From Macrostomum lignano (taxonomy: Eukaryota): a stretch of DNA of 64,000 nucleotides. Both the position numbers and the translations under genes were made by a program. Position 1 is the stretch's first letter. Each line of letters opens with the position of its first letter. The notes under the pieces were generated by a model, which did not search any database, was not told the DNA's origin, and saw only the letters and a list, made by a program, of their open reading frames with translations. Below, piece after piece: positions 36,704 to 50,611 of this stretch. The stretch spans positions 15,621 to 79,620 of the forward strand of contig NIVC01003738.1 in the NCBI GenBank assembly GCA_002269645.1, written 5' to 3'.

Positions 36704-38388
36704 ATGTCTGATAAGCTAAACAGCGGAAATTTCAAACTAACATTTGCACTTTTGAATCTGCAAGTCTTCATCTTGTTGTCATTGGTTTCAGAGTAAGAAA
36801 CGAATAGAATGCTTTTTTAATATCGCATCCAATTGTACTAAAGAACTTATTGTTCCGCATTTCAGACACCATGCCGCAAATCACTATTGTGTGAGCGGAC
36901 TGACGCTGAGTCTGCGACTCGACGATTTCTACCACAGGGACGAGCTCATCATTCCGCAGCTGTCAGATGAGTCTGAGCAGAGTTTGATGAAGCGCAGGAT
37001 CTGTAAGTGGGCCGTCAGAGCAGACTCCAGAAGGAGGGATCTTCAACTCGTGCTGGAAGGGCGAACAGCGGGTTTTGGGAAAAACCCTGTCAGTTTAAAC
37101 ATTCGCTACTCGCCAGGTTCAAGAGGATGGGCGACTGTGTCGCCAGGAATGTTTCGCGTTTTTCCGTTGGCAAAAGGGCAAGTCTAATTTTGCTGACGTC
37201 ATGCAGTGTTTGCATGTAGCAGGTCATACCATATATAGATAAACGGCATAGAGTACTAAATATAGAGCTTTGCTTTCATTTTGGATTGCCAATTTAGTAA
37301 AATGACTAGCAAAACGCGTCATAAAAGTGAACTACTAAATGCGTCAACTACTAAAAAGATTTTTAATTTCGATTCCATGCAAAATTTTATTTCCAGCAAT
37401 CAGTTCAATGTGGAGACAAACTGGGATACGAGATATCAGAATAGAAGCATGTCAAACCTGAGGATTGTCCTGCCACTTCCCGGGTTCTGCAGCCGGGAAA
37501 TGCTCAGCTTCAACAGAAAATGCTACGCCGTGAGCTCAGCAAAGCAGAATGCTTCAGCCGCAATGTCCAGCATTGAAGGCGATGCTCAGCTGGCCAGCTT
37601 CTCCAGCATGGCTGAGATCAGCGAGCTCATCGCTGCCAGTGAGTGAGCATCGTCTTAGATTGCAATGTAGGCTATGATTTCGAAATTCAATGATAATTTT
37701 TTCATCATTTCAGACACCAAAAAGCTGCAGGAGTTCCCCTACAGAAGGCCCCTGAGCCTGGGCCAGCCGGTCCGTCTCGGCATGTTTCTGAACGCATCCG
37801 CTGCCACAGTGCTGTCCTTTGTCAGGAGAGACAGCGGTTGCCTGCTGCTACAGCCTGTGACAGATTTCAAGGACTTCTTGTAAACTTTTACTGCATTTAC
37901 TTTGCTATTGAAATGAAAGAATAACGGAGAGAATATGAATAATTGTTCTTCAGACTATCGGACAAAGTGGCGGGACCATGCGTGTCGCTGAGAGTGGCCG
38001 AGTCAGATACAGCGGTGGTCGAGTTCGTTAACTGCAGCAGCCCGATGCTGTCGCTGCTGAGCTTCCCGGAGACTGCGCGCTCCGTGCCGAGCTCAGCGAA
38101 GTGCAGCGGCATCGAGCTTGAGAATCTTATTCGTCTGAGCAGCCGTCGTCGAGACACAGTCTCAGCCACCTCGACAGTAACTGTTGATGCATCAATCCAA
38201 CCTTATTTTTCGACGAATCCCAAGCCTCAGATTTTAGTTTTCAAATCCGGGTTTTGGCATTGTGCTCAATTTTCCTGCTGATTTCGGGCATCGCATACTT
38301 TGTTGTCGCAAAGTCGGACTTTAGCAATACTCGCAAATTTTTCGAAATATTTGTCCGCCGAGATCTCAAAGGCATTGAAAATTTATAG
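36704..38388 (+). CDS. Family A copy A2 (divergent): signal peptide, CUB-like, C-type-lectin-like, TM
   Basis: Exons 36704-36792 (MSDKLNSGNFKLTFALLNLQVFILLSLVS), 36866-37177 (GC donor), 37397-37638, 37714-37879, 37954 onward, with consistent phases. The TM plus short tail (IRVLALCSIFLLISGIAYFVVAK...ENL*) ends at 38388 but lies in a different frame after about 38190, so it needs a small intron or carries a frameshift. Confidence 0.65.
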
Positions 38389-38899
38389 TTAATATAACCA
38401 TGTTGAAAACCTCTAGCTGCATTGTCACTAATGGCATAGGGTTGGGTTGCATTGGGCAATTACCCGTCCGCAAGGAGTTATTTAATGAGTTATTTACCAA
38501 TTGCTCTTATTGTCTTCATTGACGAAATATGGCTTTTGCCTTGTTCGCAATATTATTTTCTCTCAAACCGAAAAAGTTACAAAAATACGATAGTCATTTC
38601 AATTTACCTCATCTTACCTATTTGATTTTCTTATAGCTTTTTTAACTCGCTTTTTCTTGCTACATTCCTTAAACCAGGTCGATGAAGAATATTGAGTTAT
38701 TGCCACGAGCAGATAAACTAATTAAACACTCAGAAAAAATAACTGTACACAATAAGCATTTTGCAGGTATATTTCTTTACTAATCCTTATCCAATGCTTA
38801 TCAAAAATATACTCACTTTAATTTTTTAATTTTTTTAAGGTAAGCGGCACCGCGAAAAAAGTTCGAAATTTCTGTTTGACATTTCTTTATTAGCTGGAC

Positions 38900-39036
38900 A
38901 TTGCTGAGATGTCAAGGCTTACTGGGGGAATTGCTGAGATGTCATGGCTTACGGGGGGAATTGCTGAGATGTCAAGGCTTACTGGGGGAATTTCTGAGAT
39001 TTCAAGGCTTACTGGGGGAATCGCTGAGATGTCAAA
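38900..39036. repeat. 30-bp tandem repeat (TTGCTGAGATGTCAAGGCTTACTGGGGGAA), 4-5 units
   Basis: Direct inspection; the core motif also occurs once at about 7490 and about 50615. Confidence 0.9.
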
Positions 39037-39462
39037 TTCACCCCGGTGTCGAGTCCGCATTTCCGATAAATTGCTTCACTGTTTATTGTGATCTCGTATT
39101 TATTGTGCAATTATTCTATTAAAACATGCATTTTGTATTTACTTACTAATAAAACGCCTGATTAAATTTACTGTTACCTTTGTTCTTTGATACTGCGAGC
39201 GTAGTAGCTCTGCCAATGAAATATTGCTACAAATGGATTTTAAATTGATTCTGAACCAACTACAAATTGGTTTGATACTAGTGGGTAATGCAAACCCGGC
39301 CTTTTCTGGAATTAATCAATCTAGTCTTTGAGCTTAATATCGGTTTATGCTCTATGTACATCATACTTGTCCAGTACGTCTCAGATCTATCTCAGTTTAA
39401 CTCATATTTGTGATTTACACGTACTTAACTTATGGAGAAGGTGCGGGTAAGAGTGCTACAGA

Positions 39463-39707
39463 GTGTCACACAACCGGCGAGAGGCATTGCTGCCCATTCC
39501 GCCGACTCCCCTGAGCAGGCACACAAGCGCGCGATACGTACGCAGTCATACGCACAGGCACACACACGCAAAGGAGTGCACAACGGCCCCTAACTTTATC
39601 TATCGTTAGGCCAAGGACCACTAGGAACTTTTCGTTATATCTGGTCAAGTATAACGACACTTGGAATCGAGCCTGGGCTGCTGGCACATCAGAGCGCCGC
39701 GCTAGAC
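39463..39707 (-). mobile_element. SINE family 2, partial
   Basis: Homology to 6139-6480. Confidence 0.7.
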
Positions 39708-40844
39708 TACTGCTGAATGACTCGCACAGCTGCCGCATGTCTACACATCACAACATATCGTAGTGTAAACTACAAGTTAAAGCAGTACGAGAAGTAGACT
39801 GCACGAGAATTGTATATAAGAAAGAAGTACACTTGTGATGTACATGCAAACGGATTCAAAACCTCACGAACAGCATGCGATTGGCAATCAGTATAAGTTT
39901 ATATTGTTTTAGCCTTTAACTTGACTATTTAATTCCGAATTACTTGTATTTGTGTTTCAGAGTTGATGCCAATGTACAATATACCGATGCAGTATGTCTT
40001 CACAGCTAGAACACCCTAAATTCTCTTTTTCCTTAATTTGTTAAAATCTGCCGGGTCCAACCGGAAGTAGCTTCTTTTAGCAGTTAAAATACAGGGCAAA
40101 CAGGCTCTTCTGTGTTGTTTACCGGGTCGCATGACAGCTACCATTCAAGTGCAGTTTCTACAGTTTAGTGGTAAGAAACCAGAAGCAAGGACAAAACTTG
40201 CATGGAAACCACAAAGAAAGATCGAATAGTGACTGCTACTACAGTTCTGGATTGCGATCTGAGATATGATGGGGCTAAAGTTCTGCAACTGCCGAACTTC
40301 TTCAAGTTATATTTATGACCGTTGAATATAAAATTAAAATACCAAAGCCCTTCAGTTTTAAACTTTCAAATAACAAGCAAGAAACGAAAAAAGCAATTAT
40401 ACCAGCATATACTTAAAATTACTATGAAAAGTACGCTTCGGCAGTTGCTGCCTCTGCTGCTGAGCATGCGAGTTGCTGCATCTTTGGACTGCTCCAATGT
40501 TAATCGCACGGGTGAGTCGGTTGCTTTTAAGAGAAGCTCAAATACCAGCAATGCAAGGCTGAAAATCTTTTGCGATAAATATTTCAGTCACAGTGCAGCT
40601 GAGCAGGGCTGACGTTCTGCGCACCTGGCAACCCAGCGGTGCGCACTGCCGTTGGTGGGAGAGTCGGCAGTCAGAGACAAACCGATTCCCTGCTGCTGTG
40701 CGGTCCGGGCCTCGGTGGCTTGTGATGCAGCTGAGGCAGCCGATGATGCTGGAGGCGGTGAGCGTGCGAGACTGGGGTGAGTGACGTTGACCGACTCATT
40801 CTCATAATGCATGATGATGCAGAGGTAGCCTTGGACACAGAGTG

Positions 40845-41181
40845 TGAGACTGTGTGAGACCAGCTAGCATCTAATTAGCACTCTGAGACAGTGTGAGACC
40901 AGCTAGCATCTAATTAGCACTCTGAGACAGTGTGAGACCAGCTAGCATCTAATTAGCACTCTGAGACAGTGTGAGACCAGCTAGCATCTAATTAGCACTC
41001 TGAGACAGTGTGAGACCAGCTAGCATCTAATTAGCACTCTGAGACAGTGTGAGACCAGCTAGCATCTAATTAGCACTCTGAGACAGTGTGAGACCAGCTA
41101 GCATCTAATTAGCACTCTGAGACAGTGTGAGACCAGCTTGCATCTAATTAGCACTCTGAGACAGTGTGAGACCAGCTAGCA
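40845..41181. repeat. 39-bp minisatellite, about 9 units
   Basis: Same unit as 18498. Confidence 0.95.
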
Positions 41182-42657
41182 GCCAAGCACTCGTGTTGCA
41201 GATGGCCAGTGGCTCGCAGCAGCTCCGGTCGGCTCGCCCGTGTCAGCGGTCGGAGCCTCAAACCTCCCGCTGGAGCTGCAGCTGGAGGATCCGTGCAGCG
41301 TCAGCTGGGAGGCCTTGAACGGTAGCGACCGCTGGCGGAGTCTTGATGACTCCAATGGCACCGCCATGGTGAGTTAAAGAGGCAGCTGTTTGCATGCTGC
41401 ACATTTTGCACATTCTGAAGAACTCAGTCATTCTGAGCACACCTCCTTCCAGCAGCCAGTGGCCTTCCTTCTGTTCAGCAGCTCCCAGCAGCTCCAGTGG
41501 AGCGCTCTCAATCTGCAAGGTGAGGTCTTTCAGCTCAGTGCTTTGATTTGCAGGTCGCTGAGTTCATTTCACCTCCGCACCCTCAGGCCGCACGGCCCCA
41601 ATGCAGCTGAAGGAGACCAGAAACCCAGTTTGCCTGAACTGCGAGCCCCTCACGTGGAGAAACGGAGATCTGATTGGCTTCTCAGTGAGCAGCTGCGGCT
41701 CCCAGACTCCGAGCTGCTCAGTTCGACTCGTGGATGGCAGCAGACGAGAGGCTGAGCTGGTGAGCGACTGGCCGGCCTTGCCTGACTGATTTTCCTCTTT
41801 GAGGCTGAGATCTCATGGCATTCTGCGATTTTCAGCTGTTCTCAAGACCTGGCAGTGATCGGATTCGAGTCACCCATTTTGAGTACCTTATGGAGGAGAC
41901 GGAAATTCCGCGGACTCTGACCTGCTGGCAGGGGGACCCAGCGGCTCTGCAGATTGAGAGGGAAATCGCTGTGGCATGCAAGTCTGGGGCAGCCAATCTG
42001 GGGTTTTGCGAGTTCCCACCCGCAGCTGGCATTCAGGGCCCCGTACAGTTTTGGCCCTGTTTAAACCTCTTTATGTACTTTTATTTGCAGCTTATGGTGG
42101 AAGCTTTACTCTGTCGGTCTCTCCGGTGTGGGTCTCCGGCAGGAAGGTTTTCTTAGAAACTGAAGCGCAGCGATTCTTTCCGGAGCCCAGGATTCAGTGT
42201 TCGATCAGGGCGGTGACGGAGCAGCCTTTGAAAGTGGAGAGCCAGGTGAGGACAGGTGCATTGTCTTTGAGTGAGCGATACCGCTGGCAGCACGAGTTGG
42301 TCTACAATCTGACCGCAACGCCACAACCCCAAGTTCCCAGTCACCGCGGCCTATCCTTACACAAAGCACACGTAAAATGCAGATACCCCTCATTCTGTGT
42401 CGTTTAACTTTCAGAACCGGTCTGTAGTGAAGGACAATAAAAGCCGGGTTCTGCTGTCAGTTCGCTCAAGGTTCAGCTTTCACGCATCGCTCTCAATGCA
42501 CGGAGGTCAAATTCTGTGCTGGGTGAATCTGACTGAGGATGAAAACTTGGTTGCTATGAAGTACAAGTTAATTCACATTGTAACGCAGATTAGCGGTGAG
42601 AAATGAGCGAATTAAATTCAGACTTCCGTATCTCAGTATTCTGTGTTACCTCTCCCA

Positions 42658-43466
42658 TCACCCCTCACCTAGCCACCCCTCACCTAGCCACCCCTCACTC
42701 AGCCACCCCTCACCCAGCCACCCTCATCCAGCCACCCCTCACAAAGCCACCCCTCACCCAGTTACCCCTCACCCAGCCACCCCTCACCCAGCCACCCCTC
42801 ACCCAGCAATCCCTCACCCAGCCACCCCTCACCCAGCCACCCCTCACCCAGCCACCCCTCACCCAGCCACCCCTCACCCAGCCATCACTTACACAGCCAC
42901 CCCTCACGCAGCCACCCCTCACCCAGCCACCCTCATCCATCCACCCCTTACACAGCCACCCCTCACCCAGGCACCCCTCACACAGCCACCCCCCACCCTG
43001 CCACCCCTCACCCAGCCACCCCTCACCCAGCCACCCCTCACCCAGACACCCCTCACCCAGCCACCCCTCACCCAGCCACCCCTCACCCAGGCACCCCTCA
43101 CCCAGCCATCACTTACACAGCCACCCCTCACGCAGCCACCCCTCACCCAGCCACCCTCATCCATCCACCCCTTACACAGCCACCCCTCACCCACGCACCC
43201 CTCACACAGCCACCCCTCACCCAGCCACCCCTCACCCAGCCACCCCTCACCCAGCCACCCCTCGCCCAGCAACCCCTTACACAGCCACCCCTCACCCAGC
43301 CACCCCTCACCCAGCCACCCCTCACCCAGCCACCCCTCACCCAGCCACCCCTCACCCAGCCACCCCTCACCCAGCCACCCCTCACCCAGCCACCGCTCAT
43401 CCAGCCACCCCTCACCCAGCCACCCCTCACCCAGCCACCCCTCACCCAGCCACCCCTCACCCAGCC
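42658..43466. repeat. 15-bp CACCCCTCACCCAGC array with degenerate higher-order blocks
   Basis: Direct inspection. Confidence 0.94.
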
Positions 43467-44213
43467 AATCGCACGCACTGCAGAGCCGTGCCAGACGGCC
43501 GTAGACCTGGGCTCGAGTCCGCACTGGCTGGTGGGCCAAACCCGCCACATCGCAGTGACCTCCAGCGCCTGCAGCATCTGAAATGTGAGCCACAGCTGCC
43601 GGCTGCTGCAGGCTGATGGCGCTTCACCCGTGCCGCTCCGCAGAGTTGAAGTACGCTTGCACTGAGACTGGCCAAAGTGCTCAGAGAAGTGCAGAGCCTC
43701 ACCTGTCCCAATCTGCACCCTCATTCGCATTGCAGCAGAGCAGCTTCAGCAGCGTTCACCAGCTGCAGGTGAGCAGGTCGATGGCTCACCAGAACTGGTC
43801 GGTTCGCTGTAGCGTCAACCAGTCAGGTGTGGTGTATGATGAGGCTGAGAGTCTGGAGCAGCTGCGACCGCCGATTTTCTGTGAGTGCCGGACAGTGCAT
43901 GAAGCGATTCTGTGAACCTTTGTTTGAATGCGATTTCCAATTTCACTGCAGACCCGGAAAGCATTCAGGTAGATGCCAGCATTGAGAGCTCGCTACTGCA
44001 CCTGGCTGTGGCTGCCTCTGACGCTCGGCCTCCAGTGTCATCTGTTGTCTGCCAGATCGCAAATTTCACTGTGAGTGCTTGATGCGAGCCCGAAAGAGGG
44101 CCGAATAAGCGCGCATGACAGTAGCGTGCAGATGCATCTCTTTGCTACCATCTTTAATATCTTTTCAATGTTAAAATGCTGTGATGAAAACGTTGCTTGA
44201 ATTTTTACGAGGT

Positions 44214-44621
44214 GCTGACTAGAGAACCCAGGTGATTGACTAGAGAACCCAGGTGATTGACTAGAGAACCCTGGTGATTGACTAGAGAACCCAGGTGATT
44301 GACTAGAGAACCCAGGTGATTGTCTAGAGAACCCAGGTGATTGACTAGAGAACCCAGGTGATTGACTAGAGAACCCAGGTGATTGACTAGAGAACCCAGG
44401 TGATTGTCTAGAGAACCCAGGTGATTGACTAGAGAACCCAGGTGATTGACTAGAGAACCCAGGTGATTGACTAGAGAATCCAGGTGATTGACTAGAGAAC
44501 CCAGGTGATTGACTAGAGAACCCAGGTGATTGTCTAGAGAACCCAGGTGATCGACTAGAGAACCCAGGTGATTGACTAGAGAACCCAGGTGATTGACTAG
44601 AGAACCCAGGTGATTGACTAG
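44214..44621. repeat. 21-bp minisatellite, about 19 units
   Basis: Same unit as 21034. Confidence 0.95.
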
Positions 44622-46086
44622 CGCCCTTCTTACCCAGCCTTATTTAACCTAATACTTTAGACTAGTCTGATTCTAGCAAGACTTGAACCGGCCAGGGAGA
44701 ATTGCATTGACTTGACGGGAAAGCTGTAGCATAGGCCTGTGTCTTATTATTCTAACTTAAAGCCGTAGCTTTCAGATGCGCACTTGCGCCAGACTCGTGT
44801 ATTTGAGATGTGCGCTTGCGTCGTGAGCGCCAATGTAATCTGTTGTCGGGGCAATGAGTGCAGGATTGAAGCCAGCCCCTGTAGGACAATGAGGAGAAAT
44901 GTGAATCTTGAGCTCGATGTCAACTTGAGCACCGGAATGGAACCAAGCGCTCAGCTGTGGACCAAGCTGACTCATTGGACTAAATTCAAAGTCAAATCTC
45001 AATAGCTGTCTTCATCCACAGAGTGTTGAGCTGACACCGATGCAACACAGCCACACCTGGCAGGCAAACGGCAGCATTACACCACCAGCGTGTGCATCGC
45101 TGAATAACGAATCGAATTTTCTCATCAACTGCACTGCTCAGCAGGACTTCAATGGCTCAACGATTTTTCAAACAAGCGAACAGGTCTTTCGAAACTGCCC
45201 CTCAAAGGAAACAGGTAACTCATTTTTCCCGACGCTTCATGTAATAACAGCCACTCGCAAATAAAATATCGATAAAATATTAAAACAGAAAAATATTGTG
45301 TATTCAATGTCAATTCAAATGTCAATTCAAAATGTCAATTCAAAGCTTTATACTTTCCAAAGCTTTTTTCAAAGCTTTTGGAATTTTTCAAACAAGCGAA
45401 CAGGTCTTTCGTAACTGCCCCCCAAAGGAAACAGGTAACTCATTTTTACCGACACATAACAGCCAATCGCAAATAAAATGTCGTTAAAATAGTAAAACAG
45501 CAAAATATTATGTATTTACCTTTGTCAATTCAAAGCTCTAGACTTTCCAAAGCTGTAAAATTAAAGTACGATTTCCGACCGAAGAGTAACCTAAATTTCG
45601 CTATAAACTGGTATTGAACACAAAATATTAGTAAACTGCAGCATTTAAAGAAATTGTCCCTGCATTCAACACAGCGTCTCAATAGCTGGATGCACTTCCA
45701 GAGGCCCTCCGTCAGGTCACGTTGTTCTTTATGTCTTCCGGGTCTTCAAATCGGGATCCTTTGAGAGCTATGGGGACCTGCCAGAAAACGCAGGGGGCAT
45801 GTCTGGTGAATAAGCTGATGGCTCAGCTCAAGCTGATGCGTTGTCGTGATGCAGCGATTGGGCATTGTTGCTCCCGCCGCATCCTCGGCATGAGCCTCTT
45901 CTTAAAGTGCTCTTCTTTCGTGATTGATGAGGCCTCGAGAATACAATTCTCGCTAGCGCTGGGAACCTGGCTAAAGCTCTTTGTTTTACTTTTATTTCAG
46001 ATGAAGATGGAAGTCTCACTCTATCGGTGTCTCCGGTGTGGGTCTCGGGCATGAAAGTTGAGTCAACGGGTACGGGTTTCTGCCAG

Positions 46087-46113
46087 ACTCACTTTGCTTA
46101 AATGTTAATCTAC

Positions 46114-46167
<54 letters not shown>

Positions 46168-46170
46168 ATC

Positions 46171-46204
<34 letters not shown>

Positions 46205-46256
46205 GGTTAGTTAGTTAGTTTGTTTGTTTGTTTGTTTGTTAGTTAGTTTGTTAGTC

Positions 46257-46301
<45 letters not shown>

Positions 46302-46487
46302 GTTTGTTTGTTTGTTTGTTTGTTTGTCAGTCAGTCAATCACCCACTCAAGTCAGTCAGTCAGTCACCCACTCAAGTCAGTCAGTCAGTCACCCACTCAA
46401 GTCAGTCTGTCAGTCACCCACTCAAGTCAGTCAGTCAGTCACCCACTCAAGTCAGTCAGTCAGTCACCCACTCAAGTCAGTCAGTCA

Positions 46488-46527
<40 letters not shown>

Positions 46528-46652
46528 CCCACTCACTCAAGTCAGTCAGTCAGTCAGTCACCCACTCAAGTCAGTCTGTCAGTCACCCACTCAAGTCAGT
46601 CAGTCAGTCACCCACTCAAGTCAGTCAGTCAGTCACCCACTCAAGTCAGTCA

Positions 46653-46692
<40 letters not shown>

Positions 46693-46733
46693 CCCACTCA
46701 CTCAAGTCAGTCAGTCAGTCAGTCAGTCAGTCA

Positions 46734-46773
<40 letters not shown>

Positions 46774-47057
46774 CCCACTCACTCAAGTCAGTCAGTCAGT
46801 CAGTCAGTCAGTCAGTCAGTCAGTCAGTCAGTCGTCAGTCAGTCAGTCACCCACTCACTCAAGTCAGTCAGTCAGTCAGTCAGTCAGTCACCCACTCACT
46901 CAAGTCAGTCAGTCAGTCAGTCAGTCAGTCACCCACTCACTCAAGTCAGTCAGTCAGTCAGTCAGTCAGTCAGTCAGTCAGTCAGTCAGTCAGTCAGTCA
47001 GTCAGTCAGTCAGTCAGTCAGTCAGTCAGTCAGTCAGTCAGTCAGTCAGTCAGTCAG
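46087..47057. repeat. Compound microsatellite: (CTAT)n, (TTAG)n, (TTTG)n, GTCA/ACCCACTCAA
   Basis: Direct inspection; occupies the position of the B1 TM exon. Confidence 0.95.
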
Positions 47058-47709
47058 CTGTTCACCTTGCAGAGAGTGTCCCGGTCCCTATTAGCCGCAG
47101 TGGCTGCTCAGCGTAGAGGCGGCGGCGCACTTCGGATGCAGCCGCTGGCAGCCGCGGCCTCCGCGGGCGCCGGCAGCAGCGCGTACGACTACCCGTCCAC
47201 GAATGCGACAGCTCAGGGTAGCAGGAGCCACAGCGAGGCCGGAGAGTCCAACAACATACCCAGTGTCTACCTGGTGCTGACTCCGTCGAGGAGGTCTCAG
47301 CAGCAGCAGCAGCTGGTCAGCAGCTTTGAGCCGAGGCAGCAGAGCTGAGAGATGGCTATCTTTTAAATCGTTTCCAACTCAAAAACTACAGTCTAAAAAA
47401 TCTCTACTTGTCAATTTTATAGTTCGACGGGTTATCAGAGGTTGTAGCCGGCGAACGGGGACAAAATTATTTTTATGAGTCTTTAGTGAAATCGAGTACT
47501 TTTCTGCTTCTTTAAAATGATTATTTATAAAAAGTAAATACAATAAAATAAATTATTGCAGAACATTGTCTTTCCTGACAAATAGAGAAGAAAATAAAAG
47601 TCGATCAAGAAAGGAGACAGATTCTATCGCAAAATCAAAGGTGCACAAACTCCAAATTCGGGACTGAAAGCTTATTTAATAATTTCAGCTGAAGGTGCGC
47701 GTTGAACAT

Positions 47710-48900
47710 TTCGTCTGTTACCCTCTGTCAGTAGCAGGCAGCCCTGATTATGCCAGTGTGGTTTTCGTCTATGATTGTGACGTGGTCAGTTTAAGGTGAT
47801 CCCGAAAAGGGCCGCTGGACTATATTTTCCCTTGTAATTTCTCATATTAATTTCTCCAATAGTTTATTTTAACGTTTACTTATAGTAGAGCCCAACGATT
47901 TTGTGGCAATTTCTAATTCACTGTATATTTTGCTATCCTCTCTTGCGACCGTATAAAATTGGCACGATTGATAATTTTAAGTTCTCTCGCCAGCCAATGA
48001 AAACCACTCGTGCTTCGCGCTACCCCCCTCTGCGCTCCTTTATGAAACCCCCCGCCTGGCGGCGGCACTCCTCACCGCCCGTCCTTATCTGTGCTTCTCT
48101 CTTCCTCCCGGCCTGTCCTCGGCCTTGTTTTCCTTCTCTCTGTCTGGACCAGCCTGTTTGCACTGCCTGCCACTGTCTGCCACGGCTAACGCCAATCTCA
48201 CCACTACGCATCTGCCACTGTTGTGCTCATCGCCGTTACTCACCACGTTGCATCGTCTTGCATCACTCGCCTACCACTCAACTACAATCTCTAACTCACC
48301 TTCAATTCAAAACCATTGTTGCAGCCGCCAGTGCCCCAAAAGCGCAATAAGTTCTATATTGATATTAACCGCATCGAATATTGATCTCAACAATAATAAC
48401 CAACTACGGCCAGTTTCCGGCCTTGTATGCCAAGTGCTCCGCTACACAAATCCGCTATCAAGACTTGACTCGATTCATTTGGGACTAAAACGGCCCTTTT
48501 AAGGGTCACGGACAACATCAATAACGTGACAATGATGACAGCAGAAACTTCAATAGTTTTCGTTCGGTAGCGGCAGTTGTGTCCTTTTTTGTTTTTTTGT
48601 TTGTCTGGTTCAGTAACGCAGTGCAGAATTATACATGCGAATGTTTTACATGAGCAGTGCGACAACAAGCCTCAATGTGTCTCAATATTTTGAGTTCTCG
48701 GAGAACACGGTGCTTCCAATAAGCCTCGACTAGAATTCATTTGTCTGGATTTCGGCTTGGAACAGACCAGCCTGTATCTGCACTGAAAATCTGTGCAGTT
48801 TTAATGAGCCGGCGTTAAGAGTACGACATGAATTATGAATATTTTGATGAAACACAAGATTAATGTTTGAGATGTTTAGAGTTAGTTTTGCATGTGGTTT
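47710..48900. mobile_element. Approximately 1.2-kb insertion containing a MITE-like segment
   Basis: Absent at the paralogous site near 6120; imperfect inverted repeat GTGAYCCYKAAAAGGGCCG near 47796 and 48490-48510. Confidence 0.35.
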
Positions 48901-48950
48901 CAGTGTTTTTTTGTTAGAATTATACTCGTACCATATTTTTATTAAAGGCT

Positions 48951-49238
48951 GGGGCTGTGGCGAACTTTAAGCGACATTGTCACACAACCGGAGAGAGGCA
49001 TACAAGCGCGCGGATACGTACACAGATATACGCACAGGCACACACACACACAATTTTATTTATGGTAAGGCATGTACACTTCCCTGTGCCTTGGGTGTTG
49101 GCCCTCAAGGCAATTAATTGCACCAGCAGAGCTAAGCCGAGATTTCAATTTAACCCCAAATTAATGTGACTGCACTTGGAATCGAGCCTGGGCCGTTGGC
49201 ACATCAAAAGCGCCGCGCTAAACCACTAGGCGACAGAC
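48951..49238 (-). mobile_element. SINE family 2 (paralog of 6139-6480, internal deletion)
   Basis: Same position in the duplicated block. Confidence 0.75.
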
Positions 49239-49992
49239 CCCCCTTCATTTATATGTATTCTACAGATCTTTACCTTTTGTGTATGTCAATTTAATCTTAT
49301 CAGAAATATTAAACTGTCGAGTCTTAAAATACCGCTGACTTGTTTTCCAGTATGAAAAAACAGATAAGGCTGTAAAGGATTTTTTAGTTACATAAACACA
49401 CATTGCACACCGTTTCATGAAGAAAGTGAATTCCCAATGCACGAATTTGTGCATAAAATACGGACTGCTCATAACATGGTCAGGTGATTTGAAACGCAAG
49501 TCTCGAGGTCAATAAAAATCCATTAAAAGTCCATAACGGAGGTCGGAGGAGCTGAGAAGTCGATAATATAGCATAAATATATAATGCATATTTATTTACT
49601 GGTTCATCATCAAGTCCAGCAGCCATTTTGGTAAGTTGATAAGAACTATAAGTATGAAGGATTTGACTATCTTGAGTAATCTAAAACGATCAAAATGCCT
49701 GATTAGCCTCTTTTATTCTCTGATTTCGCATGTGTCAGCCAATATGTCTGCTGTCTTTCGCCACTCATTTAGAACTGATTGATGAATGATGCTCTCAGTT
49801 GAGTGCATTTTGGTCCAGTTTGCGTCTGGTTCAGTGGTTCAGTATTATTTTATTGTTTCTGCTTGATTTATTAATCACTGATCGTTGCGAACGCATTTAT
49901 GCTTGGATTTTTTCACTGTTTTGTTCTTATTTATAGCGTATTGACTGTTGTGCTGTCCATATTGCATAAAAGCGTTAATAATTGTTTTTTTT

Positions 49993-50611
49993 GAGATTTG
50001 CGATTTGAAATTTGAGATATGAGATTGAGATTTAAGATTGAGATTTGAGATTTGAGATTGAGATTTAAGATTGAGATTGGAGATTGATATTGAGATTTGA
50101 AATTTGAGATTGAAATTTGAGATTTATAATTTGATACATGAGATTAAAATTTGAGATTGAGATTTGAGATTGAGATTTGAGATTGAGATTTGAGATTTGA
50201 GATTGAGATTGAAACTTTAGATTTTAGATTGAGATTTAAGATTTGAAATTTGAGATTGAGATTGAGATTAATATTTGAGATTTGCGATTGAGATTTGAGA
50301 TTTGAGATTTAAGACTTGAAATTTGAGATGAGATTGAGATTTGAGATTGAGATTTCAGATTTTAAATTGAGATTGGAGAATTGAAATTTGAGATATAAGA
50401 TTGAGATTGAGATTTAGGATTGAGATTGAGATTGAGATTAGAGATTTGAGATTGAGATTTGAGATTTGAAACTTGAGATATGAGATTAAGATTGAAATTT
50501 AGAGTTTAGATTGAGATTTGTGATTTGAGATTTGAAATTTCAGAGTTGGGATTGAAATAGGAGATTACAGATTGTTATTGGGATTAAGATTTGAGATTGA
50601 GATTGAGTTTA
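49993..50611. repeat. Degenerate GAGATT array
   Basis: Direct inspection. Confidence 0.9.

Larger units (their letters stand above)
40424..47348 (+). pseudogene. Family B copy B3: intact 5' exons, nonsense codon in exon 9, TM exon missing
   Basis: Exons 40424-40511 (signal peptide MKSTLRQLLPLLLSMRVAAS), 40588-40776, 41202-41368, 41453-41519, 41587-41759, 41836-41977, 42091-42245, 42415-42595 are open. Exon 9 (43484-43650) has TGG>TGA at 43579; the exon-13 acceptor is AG>GG at 45740; no TM exon; ITIM tail exon retained at 47072-47348. Confidence 0.75.
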
